From the NCBI GenBank assembly GCA_016194455.1, contig JACQBN010000018.1, positions 10,669-74,668 on the forward strand: 64,000 bases of DNA. Reading direction: 5' to 3'. Source of the stretch: Candidatus Kaiserbacteria bacterium (GTDB lineage Bacteria; Patescibacteriota; Minisyncoccia; Phycocordibacterales; Phycocordibacteraceae). The position numbers were made by a program, and so were the translations under genes. Shown piece after piece: positions 9,750 to 18,034 of this stretch. Positions within the stretch are counted from its first letter, which is position 1; every line of letters begins with the position of its first letter. A model generated the notes under the pieces. The model saw only the letters and a program-made list of their open reading frames with translations, was not told the DNA's origin and made no database searches.

Positions 9750-10826
9750 TCATTGCGAAGAGCGCGACGTCGCGAGTCGCCGCAGAATCTCGGTGAACGC
9801 CGCCTCGTCCCGCGCGATGATGAGGGTTCGCTGATCCCAGTAGCCGTAGACGAGGATCGTGCGCGCGAAGGAGTCGCGATAGATGCGCGTGTCGTGATTC
9901 GCCACTACCACGTCACGAAACCCGCTTGTCCCGAGCGCGGCGGGTGCAGTTGCGGTTGCCGTGGTCGTTGCGACAACTGGCGCAGGATACGGTGGGAAGA
10001 AGAGTCCGAGATCGCGCGGCAGGTGGACCTCCCACGAGAGCATGCCCGCGAAGGTCTCGCCGTAGGAGGCGACCGAGAGAATAAAGAAAGGCGATTGCAT
10101 TCCGGAGACATTCACGATGCCTGCGATGCTGCCCGAGGCATTTATATTCCGCAACAAAACATCAGGCGCAGGCAACTGAAGCGCCGAGAAAACGCTGCGA
10201 TCGGTGGTGGTCGCTCCTGCAAGCGAGAGTAAACGAACAGCGCCCGCGGCCACAGAGCGCGACACGGACTGTACAATACTCTGCGCAAGCGCGGCACCGC
10301 TGCCGTCTACTTCAGCACGTTCGTCGACGAAAATCGGTGCGGCGATCACTGGCGTGAGCGCGACTGGCGCTCCGGAGACCATGTAGTTTGTATAAATATA
10401 GTAGGTGCTCCCGCCGCCAACGACGAGCAGGAGTACCCCTGCAAGCGTGTAGAGCAGGCCGCTACGGCCCCGCGCCGGCGCTTCTTTTGCCGGCGCTTCT
10501 TTTGCCGCGTCCTGTTCGGCCGCGAGCACCGTAGCGGTCGAGGCGCCTGTATCTTTTACTCGTGTAGAAAAATCCGCGGAGTATGTCTCAATCGGGGACG
10601 GGCCCGTAGGCCTCGGGGGCGGTTGCGGCGCAAGCGGCGGCGAAGCGGACTTCGCAAGGGGGGTGGGCGGCGGCACTGGCGAGGCCTCGATAAGCCGCTC
10701 GACGGGCGCGCGCTCCGGGAGCGGCGCAAGGTCAGGCTTGCCTCCCTGCTTCAAGGTCTCGATATCGCCCTCAAGCGTGCGGATATATTTCTTCGGCGCA
10801 TCGCTCGGCATGGGAACTTCTGTCAT
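9750..10826 (-). CDS. Pro-rich single-pass membrane hypothetical protein
   Basis: Pro-rich N-terminus, one TM segment, extracellular domain. Confidence 0.7.
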   Translation of the reverse strand: MTEVPMPSDAPKKYIRTLEGDIETLKQGGKPDLAPLPERAPVERLIEASPVPPPTPLAKSASPPLAPQPPPRPTGPSPIETYSADFSTRVKDTGASTATVLAAEQDAAKEAPAKEAPARGRSGLLYTLAGVLLLVVGGGSTYYIYTNYMVSGAPVALTPVIAAPIFVDERAEVDGSGAALAQSIVQSVSRSVAAGAVRLLSLAGATTTDRSVFSALQLPAPDVLLRNINASGSIAGIVNVSGMQSPFFILSVASYGETFAGMLSWEVHLPRDLGLFFPPYPAPVVATTTATATAPAALGTSGFRDVVVANHDTRIYRDSFARTILVYGYWDQRTLIIARDEAAFTEILRRLATSRSSQ

Positions 10827-10887
10827 GCGCCTATACTAGCGCACCTCGCGGGAGTGGAGGCGGAGTTGTCCGTCCCGAAGGGACTCC

Positions 10888-11403
10888 TTAGGAGCGCGTA
10901 GCGATAGTGTAGCGCTTCGGGTCCTCGCACATGTCGGTGAAGGCGTGCGCCGCCTCCTTAAGCTTCGCGGAGGAGGATTTGCCAAACGAGATGACCTCCA
11001 CCTGGCAGCCCTCGTTCATGTCAAGATACTGGATCAAGGGAATGAAATCGCCGTCGCCGGTCGCAAGTACGACCGTGTCGAGCTTAGGCGCGAGCTTCAC
11101 CGCGTCGATCGCGAGCCCGACATCCCAGTCCGCTTTCTTGGTGCCGTCGGCGAAGACCTGAAGATCCTTCACTTTGGTCTCGATACCTATCTTGGTGAGC
11201 GCCTCAAAAAAAGCACTTTCTTCGCCGCTCTCTGTTTTGATGACGTAGGCGATTGCACGCACGAGTGTGCGGCCGCCGACCGCCTCTTCAAGGATTTTGG
11301 CGAAGTTGACGCGCGCTTTATAGAGGTGTTTTGCGCTGTGATAGAGGTTTTGCGTGTCGATGAAAACTCCTACGCGTTGCGCTGGATGTTTAATAACTGC
11401 CAT
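10888..11403 (-). CDS. NYN-domain (LabA/DUF88, PIN-like) protein
   Basis: VFIDTQNL, KADWDVGLAID, LATGDGDF. Confidence 0.93.
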   Translation of the reverse strand: MAVIKHPAQRVGVFIDTQNLYHSAKHLYKARVNFAKILEEAVGGRTLVRAIAYVIKTESGEESAFFEALTKIGIETKVKDLQVFADGTKKADWDVGLAIDAVKLAPKLDTVVLATGDGDFIPLIQYLDMNEGCQVEVISFGKSSSAKLKEAAHAFTDMCEDPKRYTIATRS

Positions 11404-11442
11404 AAAATAAGGTTATAGAAAACGAGAATATTAAAACTTTTC

Positions 11443-11472
11443 TGCCCCCGACCCCTCCCGGGGTCGGGGGCA
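11443..11472. terminator. Perfect 13-bp GC hairpin downstream of rpsO
   Basis: TGCCCCCGACCCC-TCCC-GGGGTCGGGGGCA; weak U-tract. Confidence 0.55.
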
Positions 11473-11487
11473 TTCATAACTATACCA

Positions 11488-11754
11488 CTATTTCTTGAGC
11501 CCCAGCTTCTTGATGACGGCACTGTAGCGGCGTTTGTCATTAGTCTCTAGGTAGCGCAGATGAGTACGGCGGTCAGCGACCATCTGGAGGAGACCCCGGC
11601 GGGAGTGGAAGTCCTTCGGATTTTTCTTCAGGTGTTTGGTGAGATCGGTAATCTGACGCGAAAGGAGCGCGACCTGGACCTCCGGCGAGCCGGTGTCCGC
11701 ATCATGCCGCCCGGAATTCTTAATGATTCCGGCCTTTTTCTTCGTAGTAAGCAT
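11488..11754 (-). CDS. rpsO: 30S ribosomal protein S15
   Basis: DTGSPEVQVALL, KDFHSRRGLL. Confidence 0.97.
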   Translation of the reverse strand: MLTTKKKAGIIKNSGRHDADTGSPEVQVALLSRQITDLTKHLKKNPKDFHSRRGLLQMVADRRTHLRYLETNDKRRYSAVIKKLGLKK

Positions 11755-11844
11755 TGCCAAATAATCTACCATGCCTTGATTATTTCTGCAAGTTCTGCGT
11801 AATCGCCGAGAAATATTGTGCGAAACGGATGCTATCCTTATTTT

Positions 11845-12756
11845 ATGAACGCTGAGGCGGCGAAGCGGCAGTTTCTAGAATATATCGAGATCGAGCGCGG
11901 GCGCGCGGTGAAAACGATCGAAAACTACGACCGCTACCTCACGCGCTACTTCGCCCGGATGAAGATTGGGCGCATCGCGGACATCACGGAGGAGAGCGTT
12001 CGCGAGTTCCGGCTCTGGCTCAATCGCCAACCCGGGGCTCGCGCCAACGGTGTCCCTTCGGGAATGAAGCGCCGCACGCAGAACTATTACCTCGTCGCGC
12101 TCCGCGCCTTTCTCAAGTTTCTCCGCAAGCGCGGCGTAGACTGTATCTCCCCCGAGCGCATCGAGCTTGCGAAGGTTCCGGAGCGCTCTCTTGACCTCAT
12201 TACTCCGGCCGAGCTTGGTCGCCTGCTCCGGGCCGCTGACGGGAGCGACCTCAGGTCGCTTCGTGACAAGGCAATTCTTGAGCTTTTCTTCTCCACGGGG
12301 CTCCGCGTCTCAGAGCTCTGTGCACTCAATAGCGATCTCAATCTCTCCCGCGACGAGTTCTCGGTCCGCGGCAAGGGCGAGAAGGTGCGCGTTGTCTTCC
12401 TTTCCCCCGCTGCCAAGAACGCGGTCATTGCGTATCTGAAGGCGCGCAAGGATATGGAAGAGGCGCTCTTCGTCAGCGTCCCGCGGGGCTCCAAGAGCCC
12501 AACCCGTCTCAGTCCCCGACTGATAGAGCTGATGATAAAAAAGTATGCGGCGAAAGCTGGTATCACAAAGAAGGTCACGCCACACGTGCTCCGCCACTCT
12601 TTTGCAACAGACTTGCTCTCAAACGGCGCCGACATCCGCTCGGTCCAACAGCTCCTCGGCCACGCCTCCATCAACACGACCCAAATCTACACCCACGTCA
12701 CCGACACCCACCTCCGCGAAGTCCATAAGAAGTACCACTCTCGTACTCAACACTAA
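11845..12756 (+). CDS. XerC/XerD-family tyrosine recombinase
   Basis: TGLRVSEL, GKGEKVR, HVLRHSFAT, LLGH, TTQIYTH; start trimmed to MNAE. Confidence 0.93.
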   Translation: MNAEAAKRQFLEYIEIERGRAVKTIENYDRYLTRYFARMKIGRIADITEESVREFRLWLNRQPGARANGVPSGMKRRTQNYYLVALRAFLKFLRKRGVDCISPERIELAKVPERSLDLITPAELGRLLRAADGSDLRSLRDKAILELFFSTGLRVSELCALNSDLNLSRDEFSVRGKGEKVRVVFLSPAAKNAVIAYLKARKDMEEALFVSVPRGSKSPTRLSPRLIELMIKKYAAKAGITKKVTPHVLRHSFATDLLSNGADIRSVQQLLGHASINTTQIYTHVTDTHLREVHKKYHSRTQH

Positions 12757-12835
12757 GTCCCACTCGATAGGGAATGTTCGGACCTGGATGGGGCAAAGAA
12801 AAGCCGCCTCCAACGACTTTTCGTTGTGGCGGTGA

Positions 12836-13216
12836 TTAAGCTGCGATCGGCACCTCGTAGATTTTGGGAAGAACCCAATCCGGCAGAAGCAAAGAGCGAT
12901 TGAACATCCTCGCTACCCATGCGATGGCGTCGTAGCAACTGCCCATGACTTCGTCGTGGCCATATTGATACGCCACTTCGAACTGATGGGATTCGCATTC
13001 ACCGCAGTCGCAGCGGTAGTTGTCGCTGGCGTTATGGTCCGAGAAACGAATCCTCACAAGTTTGCCGTGGGGTTTGTCCTCCCAGATCTCCAAATACTCT
13101 GACTCAGAGAGTCGGGACGGTTCCCAGCGGGCAATAAGTGCCATGTGCTCACAAACGCGCCGTACGATTTTGGCGCGTCTGCATGCGTGTTCTGGACGAA
13201 GGTCCTCGAAGTACAT
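12836..13216 (-). CDS. Orphan hypothetical protein
   Basis: Own promoter (TTGACA 13278-13273, 17 nt, TATCTT), GGAGG SD and a downstream hairpin. Confidence 0.7.
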   Translation of the reverse strand: MYFEDLRPEHACRRAKIVRRVCEHMALIARWEPSRLSESEYLEIWEDKPHGKLVRIRFSDHNASDNYRCDCGECESHQFEVAYQYGHDEVMGSCYDAIAWVARMFNRSLLLPDWVLPKIYEVPIAA

Positions 13217-13337
13217 CCGCGCCTCCTGCGCTGGCGTTAATCCAAAAGTAAGATACTATAACCATACAAATCTGTCAAGATTAGCGCTCCGCTGGCGTGA
13301 CTCGAACCAACCGACATTTGCGTTATAGAATAAGCGG

Positions 13338-14135
13338 ATGCGGATTATTTCGTGGAACGTGAACGGGATACGGGCGGTGCACCGAAAAGGAGAGTTTTTG
13401 CCCTTTATTAAAAAATATAAGCCCGATATCCTGTGCCTGCAGGAGACCAAGGCCCTTGAACACGAATCCCCCATTGACTTGCCGGAGTACGAAGAATTCT
13501 GGAACTCGGCCAAAAAGAAGAAGGGCTACAGCGGGGTCGCGATTTTTACCAGGCGTACCCCCGAAAACGTCCTTTTCGGCCTCCCCGAGGACTTGGTGAA
13601 GAAGCACAAGCTTGCCGAGGATGGCTACGGCGACCCGAATGAGGAAGGTCGTGTTATCGCGGCTGACGTTGGAGATTTCTACGTCGTGAGCGTCTACACG
13701 CCAAATGCGAAAGACGATCTCTCGCGCCTCGCGCTCCGTCACAAGCGTTGGGATCCTGCTTTTCTTGCCTACATGAAGCGGCTGGAGGAAGAGAGGCCCA
13801 TTATATTCTGCGGCGACCTCAACGTCGCTCACACGCCGGAGGATCTCGCCCATCCCAAGGAAAATGAGGGCTTGGAAGGGTTCACCAAGGAAGAGCGCGA
13901 GGGGGTCGATCAGATAATTTCGGCCGGCTTCCTGGATACTTTCCGCCTTTTCCACTCCGGTAATGACCACTACACTTGGTGGAGCCACTGGGCGAACGCG
14001 CGAGCGCGCAACGTCGGCTGGCGCATCGACTACATCTTCGCGAGCAAGACGCTCAAATCGAAAATAGAAAAAGCGGAGATTCTCCCCGAAGTTATGGGCT
14101 CCGACCACTGCCCCGTTTCGCTCACCATTTCATAA
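13338..14135 (+). CDS. xth: Exodeoxyribonuclease III
   Basis: SWNVNGIRA, LQETK, GYSGV, CGDLNVAH, GWRIDY, GSDHCP. Confidence 0.97.
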   Translation: MRIISWNVNGIRAVHRKGEFLPFIKKYKPDILCLQETKALEHESPIDLPEYEEFWNSAKKKKGYSGVAIFTRRTPENVLFGLPEDLVKKHKLAEDGYGDPNEEGRVIAADVGDFYVVSVYTPNAKDDLSRLALRHKRWDPAFLAYMKRLEEERPIIFCGDLNVAHTPEDLAHPKENEGLEGFTKEEREGVDQIISAGFLDTFRLFHSGNDHYTWWSHWANARARNVGWRIDYIFASKTLKSKIEKAEILPEVMGSDHCPVSLTIS

Positions 14136-14180
14136 AGGACATTTTCTATCGGACATTTTGACTTCGCTCAGTGCAGACAC

Positions 14181-14189
14181 TTATCCACA
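14181..14189 (+). promoter_or_regulatory. DnaA box
   Basis: Perfect TTATCCACA. Confidence 0.6.
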
Positions 14190-14418
14190 TCATGTCCTTT
14201 ACAATGTCCTTTAGATTGCTAACATTGTCCTTGAGAGTTCTTTCTTGCTCTTTGCCATCAGTGCGTTTCTAGCGTTGGTGCCTGCCTTCGTCGGCGACGT
14301 GTCGCCCTTGACTGCTTGGGCACGGCCTCCTTCTCTGGAGCGCTGTGCGAAAACAAAGATCGCCCACCCTCTATGTGCTGGAGGACCATCAATTTGCCCT
14401 CTCTCCTATTTCACCTCT

Positions 14419-14442
14419 GGCCGCCACTTGGGCGGTCTTTTT
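14419..14442 (+). terminator. Rho-independent terminator
   Basis: GGCCGCC-ACTTG-GGCGGTC followed by TTTTT. Confidence 0.65.
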
Positions 14443-14446
14443 GCAT

Positions 14447-15910
14447 CTAGCAAACGTGGTGTTTTTCCATTATCTTCTGGACTTCTGCGTCCTCCCTTTC
14501 TTCCCTTTTGCTCTTCCCGGACTCGCCGAGTGCCTTGAGATCAGTATCAGATAACGTAAGTAAATGCTTAGCTTTTTCGTCTAAATGCGGCTCCGTATTG
14601 AGTTCCGGCTTCTCCAGGACTTCTTCGAGGAGCGCATTGAGGACCCAGCCGATCCTCGGCCCAGGTTTCACGTGGAACATATCCATGATGCGAGTGCCAT
14701 CAGTCTTGAGCATTCCCACAGAAATCGGGTCTCGAAGCGCCTGGTCCACCATCGCCATATACTTGCGAAGGCGAAAGGGTTGTTCCTTTGGCCTCCCAGT
14801 GCCGATACGGTCGCAGATGCGAAGTTTGAGCAAATCATCTATGTTTTCCTTGCCGACGTTGGTAATCACTCGGCGAACTGCAGAGAGCGTGATCTGCTCT
14901 GGGTCTGAGAAGAACATGTGCCATCGGACAAGCTTTACTGTCTTTTCTATTGTTTCACGTGGAAACTTGAGGTCCTCCAAGGCGGCTTTTGTTACACGTG
15001 AACCAACAACGTCGTGGCCATGGAAGGTCCAGTCTTGTTTTTCATCAGACCACCGACGGGTTTCTGGCTTTGATATATCGTGAAACAGCCCCGCGAGCCT
15101 TATAGCAAGGCTCCAATGCTTATCAGCCGCGTGTTGCATGGTCCGCATCAAGTGGCCGAAGACGTCGTAACTATGAGCCTGATTCTGTTCAACGCCTATG
15201 CCGCGGACGAGATTCGGCGAGATATACTCCAGGATTCGAAGCTGTTGGGCGAGAACGAGCGCCACCATCGGCTGCTCCGACTGAAGTATACGGACAAGCT
15301 CGTCCCGAACCCTTTCACGTGAAACATATTTTAAATTCTTTGCGTTCTCGCTGACTGCCTTCGCTGTCTCTCCGTCTATACCGAAACCGAGCTCGGCGAT
15401 CAAGCGAACGGCGCGCAACATTCGCAGGGCGTCTTCGTTGAAGCGTTCTAAAGGACGTCCGACAGTACGGACTATTTTGTCCTTTATGTCCTTTTGTCCT
15501 TTATATGGGTCTATCAAATGTCCTTTAGATTCTTCGAGAGCAAGCGCGTTGATGGTGAAGTCCCGTCGAGCCAGATCGTTTTCAAGGGAGACACCGAAGG
15601 TTACTTTGTCCGGCCGACGCTTGTCGCTGTAGCTGCTCTCGGCGCGGTAGGGAGTGACCTCTACTATCGCGAGTGTCGAGTCCTTTGAACCGGTCTTGAC
15701 GCCCACGGTGCCGTAATCGTTCTCGTAGAATGAGTCGGGAAACGCTGCCTGAATTTGCTCCGGGGATGCGTTTGTGGTGACGTCCCAATCCCTAGGCACT
15801 CGGCCAACGATTAGATCGCGTACGCAACCTCCCACAAGGTAGGCCTCGTGGCCTTTGTCGCGGAGTACACGGGCGATCTGGGAGACTTCTTCCGGAATGT
15901 GAAAACGCAT
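14447..15910 (-). CDS. cca: CCA tRNA nucleotidyltransferase with HD domain
   Basis: YLVGGCVRD, DWD, RRDFTINA, EDALRMLRA, FHDISK. Confidence 0.95.
   Translation of the reverse strand: MRFHIPEEVSQIARVLRDKGHEAYLVGGCVRDLIVGRVPRDWDVTTNASPEQIQAAFPDSFYENDYGTVGVKTGSKDSTLAIVEVTPYRAESSYSDKRRPDKVTFGVSLENDLARRDFTINALALEESKGHLIDPYKGQKDIKDKIVRTVGRPLERFNEDALRMLRAVRLIAELGFGIDGETAKAVSENAKNLKYVSRERVRDELVRILQSEQPMVALVLAQQLRILEYISPNLVRGIGVEQNQAHSYDVFGHLMRTMQHAADKHWSLAIRLAGLFHDISKPETRRWSDEKQDWTFHGHDVVGSRVTKAALEDLKFPRETIEKTVKLVRWHMFFSDPEQITLSAVRRVITNVGKENIDDLLKLRICDRIGTGRPKEQPFRLRKYMAMVDQALRDPISVGMLKTDGTRIMDMFHVKPGPRIGWVLNALLEEVLEKPELNTEPHLDEKAKHLLTLSDTDLKALGESGKSKREEREDAEVQKIMEKHHVC
14664..15326. promoter_or_regulatory. 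Four parS-like sites within the cca coding sequence
   Basis: GGTTTCACGTGGAACA 14664, TGTTTCACGTGGAAAC 14951, TGTTACACGTGAAACC 14990, CCTTTCACGTGAAACA 15311, compared with the parS consensus TGTTNCACGTGAAACA. Confidence 0.8.
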
Positions 15911-15946
15911 GGCGTGATAGTAGCATGTGGCGTAGTATTGGCGTAC

Positions 15947-16021
15947 GCCCCGATGGTGAAATGGATATCACAACTGACTTCGGATCAGTTATTCTGGGTT
16001 CGAATCCTGGTCGGGGCACCA
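15947..16021 (+). tRNA. tRNA-Arg(TCG), CCA encoded
   Basis: GCCCCGA/TCGGGGC acceptor stem, ACTGA-CTTCGGA-TCAGT anticodon arm, TTCGAAT T-loop. Confidence 0.93.
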
Positions 16022-16049
16022 GCCAGTATGCTATAGTCGTGCGCGTACT

Positions 16050-16120
16050 GCGGATATGGTTTAGTGGTAGAATGCGTCCTTGCCAAGGACGAGACGGGAG
16101 TTCGATTCTCCCTATCCGCA
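16050..16120 (+). tRNA. tRNA-Gly(GCC)
   Basis: GCGGATA/TATCCGC acceptor stem, CGTCC-TTGCCAA-GGACG anticodon arm. Confidence 0.95.
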
Positions 16121-16143
16121 CCGCGTTTCTGCTCCAACTCAGC

Positions 16144-16152
16144 TGTGTATAA
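16144..16152 (-). promoter_or_regulatory. DnaA box
   Basis: TGTGTATAA (TTATACACA on the minus strand); weaker boxes follow at 16156 and 16165. Confidence 0.5.
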
Positions 16153-16237
16153 ACCTGTGGACGAGGGGGATAAAGGACATTCTAGAACTGCCGGAGTCCG
16201 TTAGATACCAAGCAAATGAGCCATATTTCTAAAGGTC

Positions 16238-16633
16238 ATGAATTTGTCTGCTAAAAATAGAAAGGAAATCGGTGCGCTCGGCGAGGCGGTCGCCGCAGAG
16301 TATCTGCAGCGGCATGGCTTCTCCGTGAAGGATAAGAACGTGCTACGGAAAACCGGCGAGCTCGACATTGTCGCGCTTGAGGGCGACACGCTCCACTTTG
16401 TGGAGGTGAAGACGGTGCTGGCGGAAGAATTCCCTGATGAGGAGTTCGCACGCGACGACTACGACCCCTCCTTGAACCTCCACGAGGCGAAGGTGCGCAA
16501 GGTCGCGCGGACGGGAGAGTGGTATGCGCTTGAGAAACGTTGGGAGGGGGAGTGGCAAGTGGACGGTTGTCTGGTTTGGCTCCGGCGGCGAGACGGCCGC
16601 GCGCGCGTCCGCTATCTGCCACAGATCGTTTGA
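16238..16633 (+). CDS. yraN: YraN (UPF0102) PD-(D/E)XK nuclease
   Basis: GALGEAVAAEYL, GELDIVA, FVEVK. Confidence 0.92.
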   Translation: MNLSAKNRKEIGALGEAVAAEYLQRHGFSVKDKNVLRKTGELDIVALEGDTLHFVEVKTVLAEEFPDEEFARDDYDPSLNLHEAKVRKVARTGEWYALEKRWEGEWQVDGCLVWLRRRDGRARVRYLPQIV

Positions 16634-16676
16634 GGTGCTAAAGTGCGTGAAACCCTTCCATCTCGGCCAGGGTAGA

Positions 16677-16747
16677 CGGGGCGTTGTGTAACGGTAGCAC
16701 GCGACCTTTGGGAGGTTGTAGTCCGAGTTCGAATCTCGGCGCCCCGA
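16677..16747 (+). tRNA. tRNA-Pro(TGG)
   Basis: CGGGGCG/CGCCCCG acceptor stem, CGACC-TTTGGGA-GGTTG anticodon arm. Confidence 0.93.
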
Positions 16748-16750
16748 TGA

Positions 16751-17923
16751 CTAGTGGAGACTGGTGGTGATGAGCGCCTCAAGCGCGGGGATTTGCGATG
16801 CGAAGGCAGCCGCAGAACTGACGGGAGATCCGGCGAGAAGCGTCTCGAGTGTGGAGCCGGTCTCTTCGGCATATGCGCGCTGAATATAAGCGGCGGTGAT
16901 GGCGTTGACGTTGCGGGTGTCGGTCGCGCCCTCGACCGTACTCGTGGTGATGGTGGCCGCAAGCTCTCCCGCGGCGTCCGCGACGCCGCCGCCTGAGGAT
17001 CCTTCCTGCGCCGCGGCTGAACCGCCAAGCGCAAGCACGTCAGGGGTGTCGGTCGTGAAGGTGAACACCTGCTTCACACTGCCGAAGACGATAGTGGGGA
17101 AGAGGGTTGATTGTATCTGACTTGGATCAAGAAACTGCGCACCATAGGAGGCGATGGCAACGGGTGAGTCGGGTGCAAGAGCCGCATGGTCAAGCACAAT
17201 CGCAGGGAAATTCGTTGAGAGTACGGTCCCCGGAGTACTGTTACTGGTGGTGAGTGGAGTTGAACCAATAATCGCCAGGAACGCGTAGTCGTGTTCGCCG
17301 TCGCCCGCGGGAGAGGACTCAGTAAGGACGCTCGGGTTTGCGCTCAGCCATGCGCGAGAAATGAACATGAGCGCAGCGCGGTAGCGATCGACTGCTGGGC
17401 TCCCGGTGCGCAGCTCACAAGAGACGCTGTGGTCCGCGAGGAGGAAATACTGCGCGACGTGCGCGTTGGTGAGTACAATGCCGCTTGGCGTAATGATGAC
17501 CCCGCTCGCGGAAATGGACTTGATGGGGGAGCCCGCAGGCGCGTAACAGACGATATTGACGAGCGCGGCGCGGAGCGCCGCGGCAGCAGCATCAAGCGAC
17601 ACGTTGCCCGAAATGGGAGTCACCGGGGGTAGCGCAAGAACTGGAGCGCTCACCGGCTTCAAAGTGGCGGACTTTTTATGCGCAGGGGGAGCTGCACTTG
17701 CGGTTGCTCTGTTTTCCGCGCCTGGCAGGAGCGGGATTGTGCCTGGCAGCAAATTCTCAATCGTGATTGCCGGGCCACCAGTGCCGGAAAGTACGGTCAG
17801 GGTGGAAGAGGCGCTCCTCCCGGCAATGGGCGCCGAGGTGACGGGCGCGATGCGCAGTAGTACGCCGATCAAGAGCACAAAGAAGAGGGCTGCGATGATG
17901 CCCAAATACGGGAAGAGCCGCAT
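16751..17923 (-). CDS. Membrane-anchored trypsin-like serine protease
   Basis: N-terminal TM; LTNAHVA (His), DYAFL (Asp), EGSSGG (Ser). Confidence 0.85.
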   Translation of the reverse strand: MRLFPYLGIIAALFFVLLIGVLLRIAPVTSAPIAGRSASSTLTVLSGTGGPAITIENLLPGTIPLLPGAENRATASAAPPAHKKSATLKPVSAPVLALPPVTPISGNVSLDAAAAALRAALVNIVCYAPAGSPIKSISASGVIITPSGIVLTNAHVAQYFLLADHSVSCELRTGSPAVDRYRAALMFISRAWLSANPSVLTESSPAGDGEHDYAFLAIIGSTPLTTSNSTPGTVLSTNFPAIVLDHAALAPDSPVAIASYGAQFLDPSQIQSTLFPTIVFGSVKQVFTFTTDTPDVLALGGSAAAQEGSSGGGVADAAGELAATITTSTVEGATDTRNVNAITAAYIQRAYAEETGSTLETLLAGSPVSSAAAFASQIPALEALITTSLH

Positions 17924-17962
17924 GGCGCTAACGCTACTCTAAAAATGGTATTCTCGCACTAC

Positions 17963-18033
17963 GCGGGATTAGTTTAATGGTAGAACGTCAGTTTTCCAAA
18001 CTGAGAGCGGGAGTTCGATTCTCCCATCCCGCA
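17963..18033 (+). tRNA. tRNA-Gly(TCC)
   Basis: GCGGGAT/ATCCCGC acceptor stem, TCAGT-TTTCCAA-ACTGA anticodon arm. Confidence 0.95.
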
Positions 18034-18034
18034 C

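Larger units (their letters stand above)
14134..16179. repeat. Cluster of AAAGGACA/TGTCCTTT octamers
   Basis: Exact copies at 14134, 14193, 14205, 15478, 15487, 15495, 15519, 16172; 1-mismatch copies at 14226 and 15450. Confidence 0.85.

Noticed and set aside
10474..10508. 15-bp tandem repeat
   Set aside because: Two copies encoding AKEAP in a low-complexity linker; not an array.
11845..12756. Tyrosine recombinase as a prophage/ICE integrase
   Set aside because: XerC/D-like size and motifs, next to rpsO, with no phage genes or att repeats; no dif-like site recognised.
16096..18025. Direct repeat GGGAGTTCGATTCTCCC as attL/attR of an island
   Set aside because: Both copies are T-arms of two complete tRNA-Gly genes.
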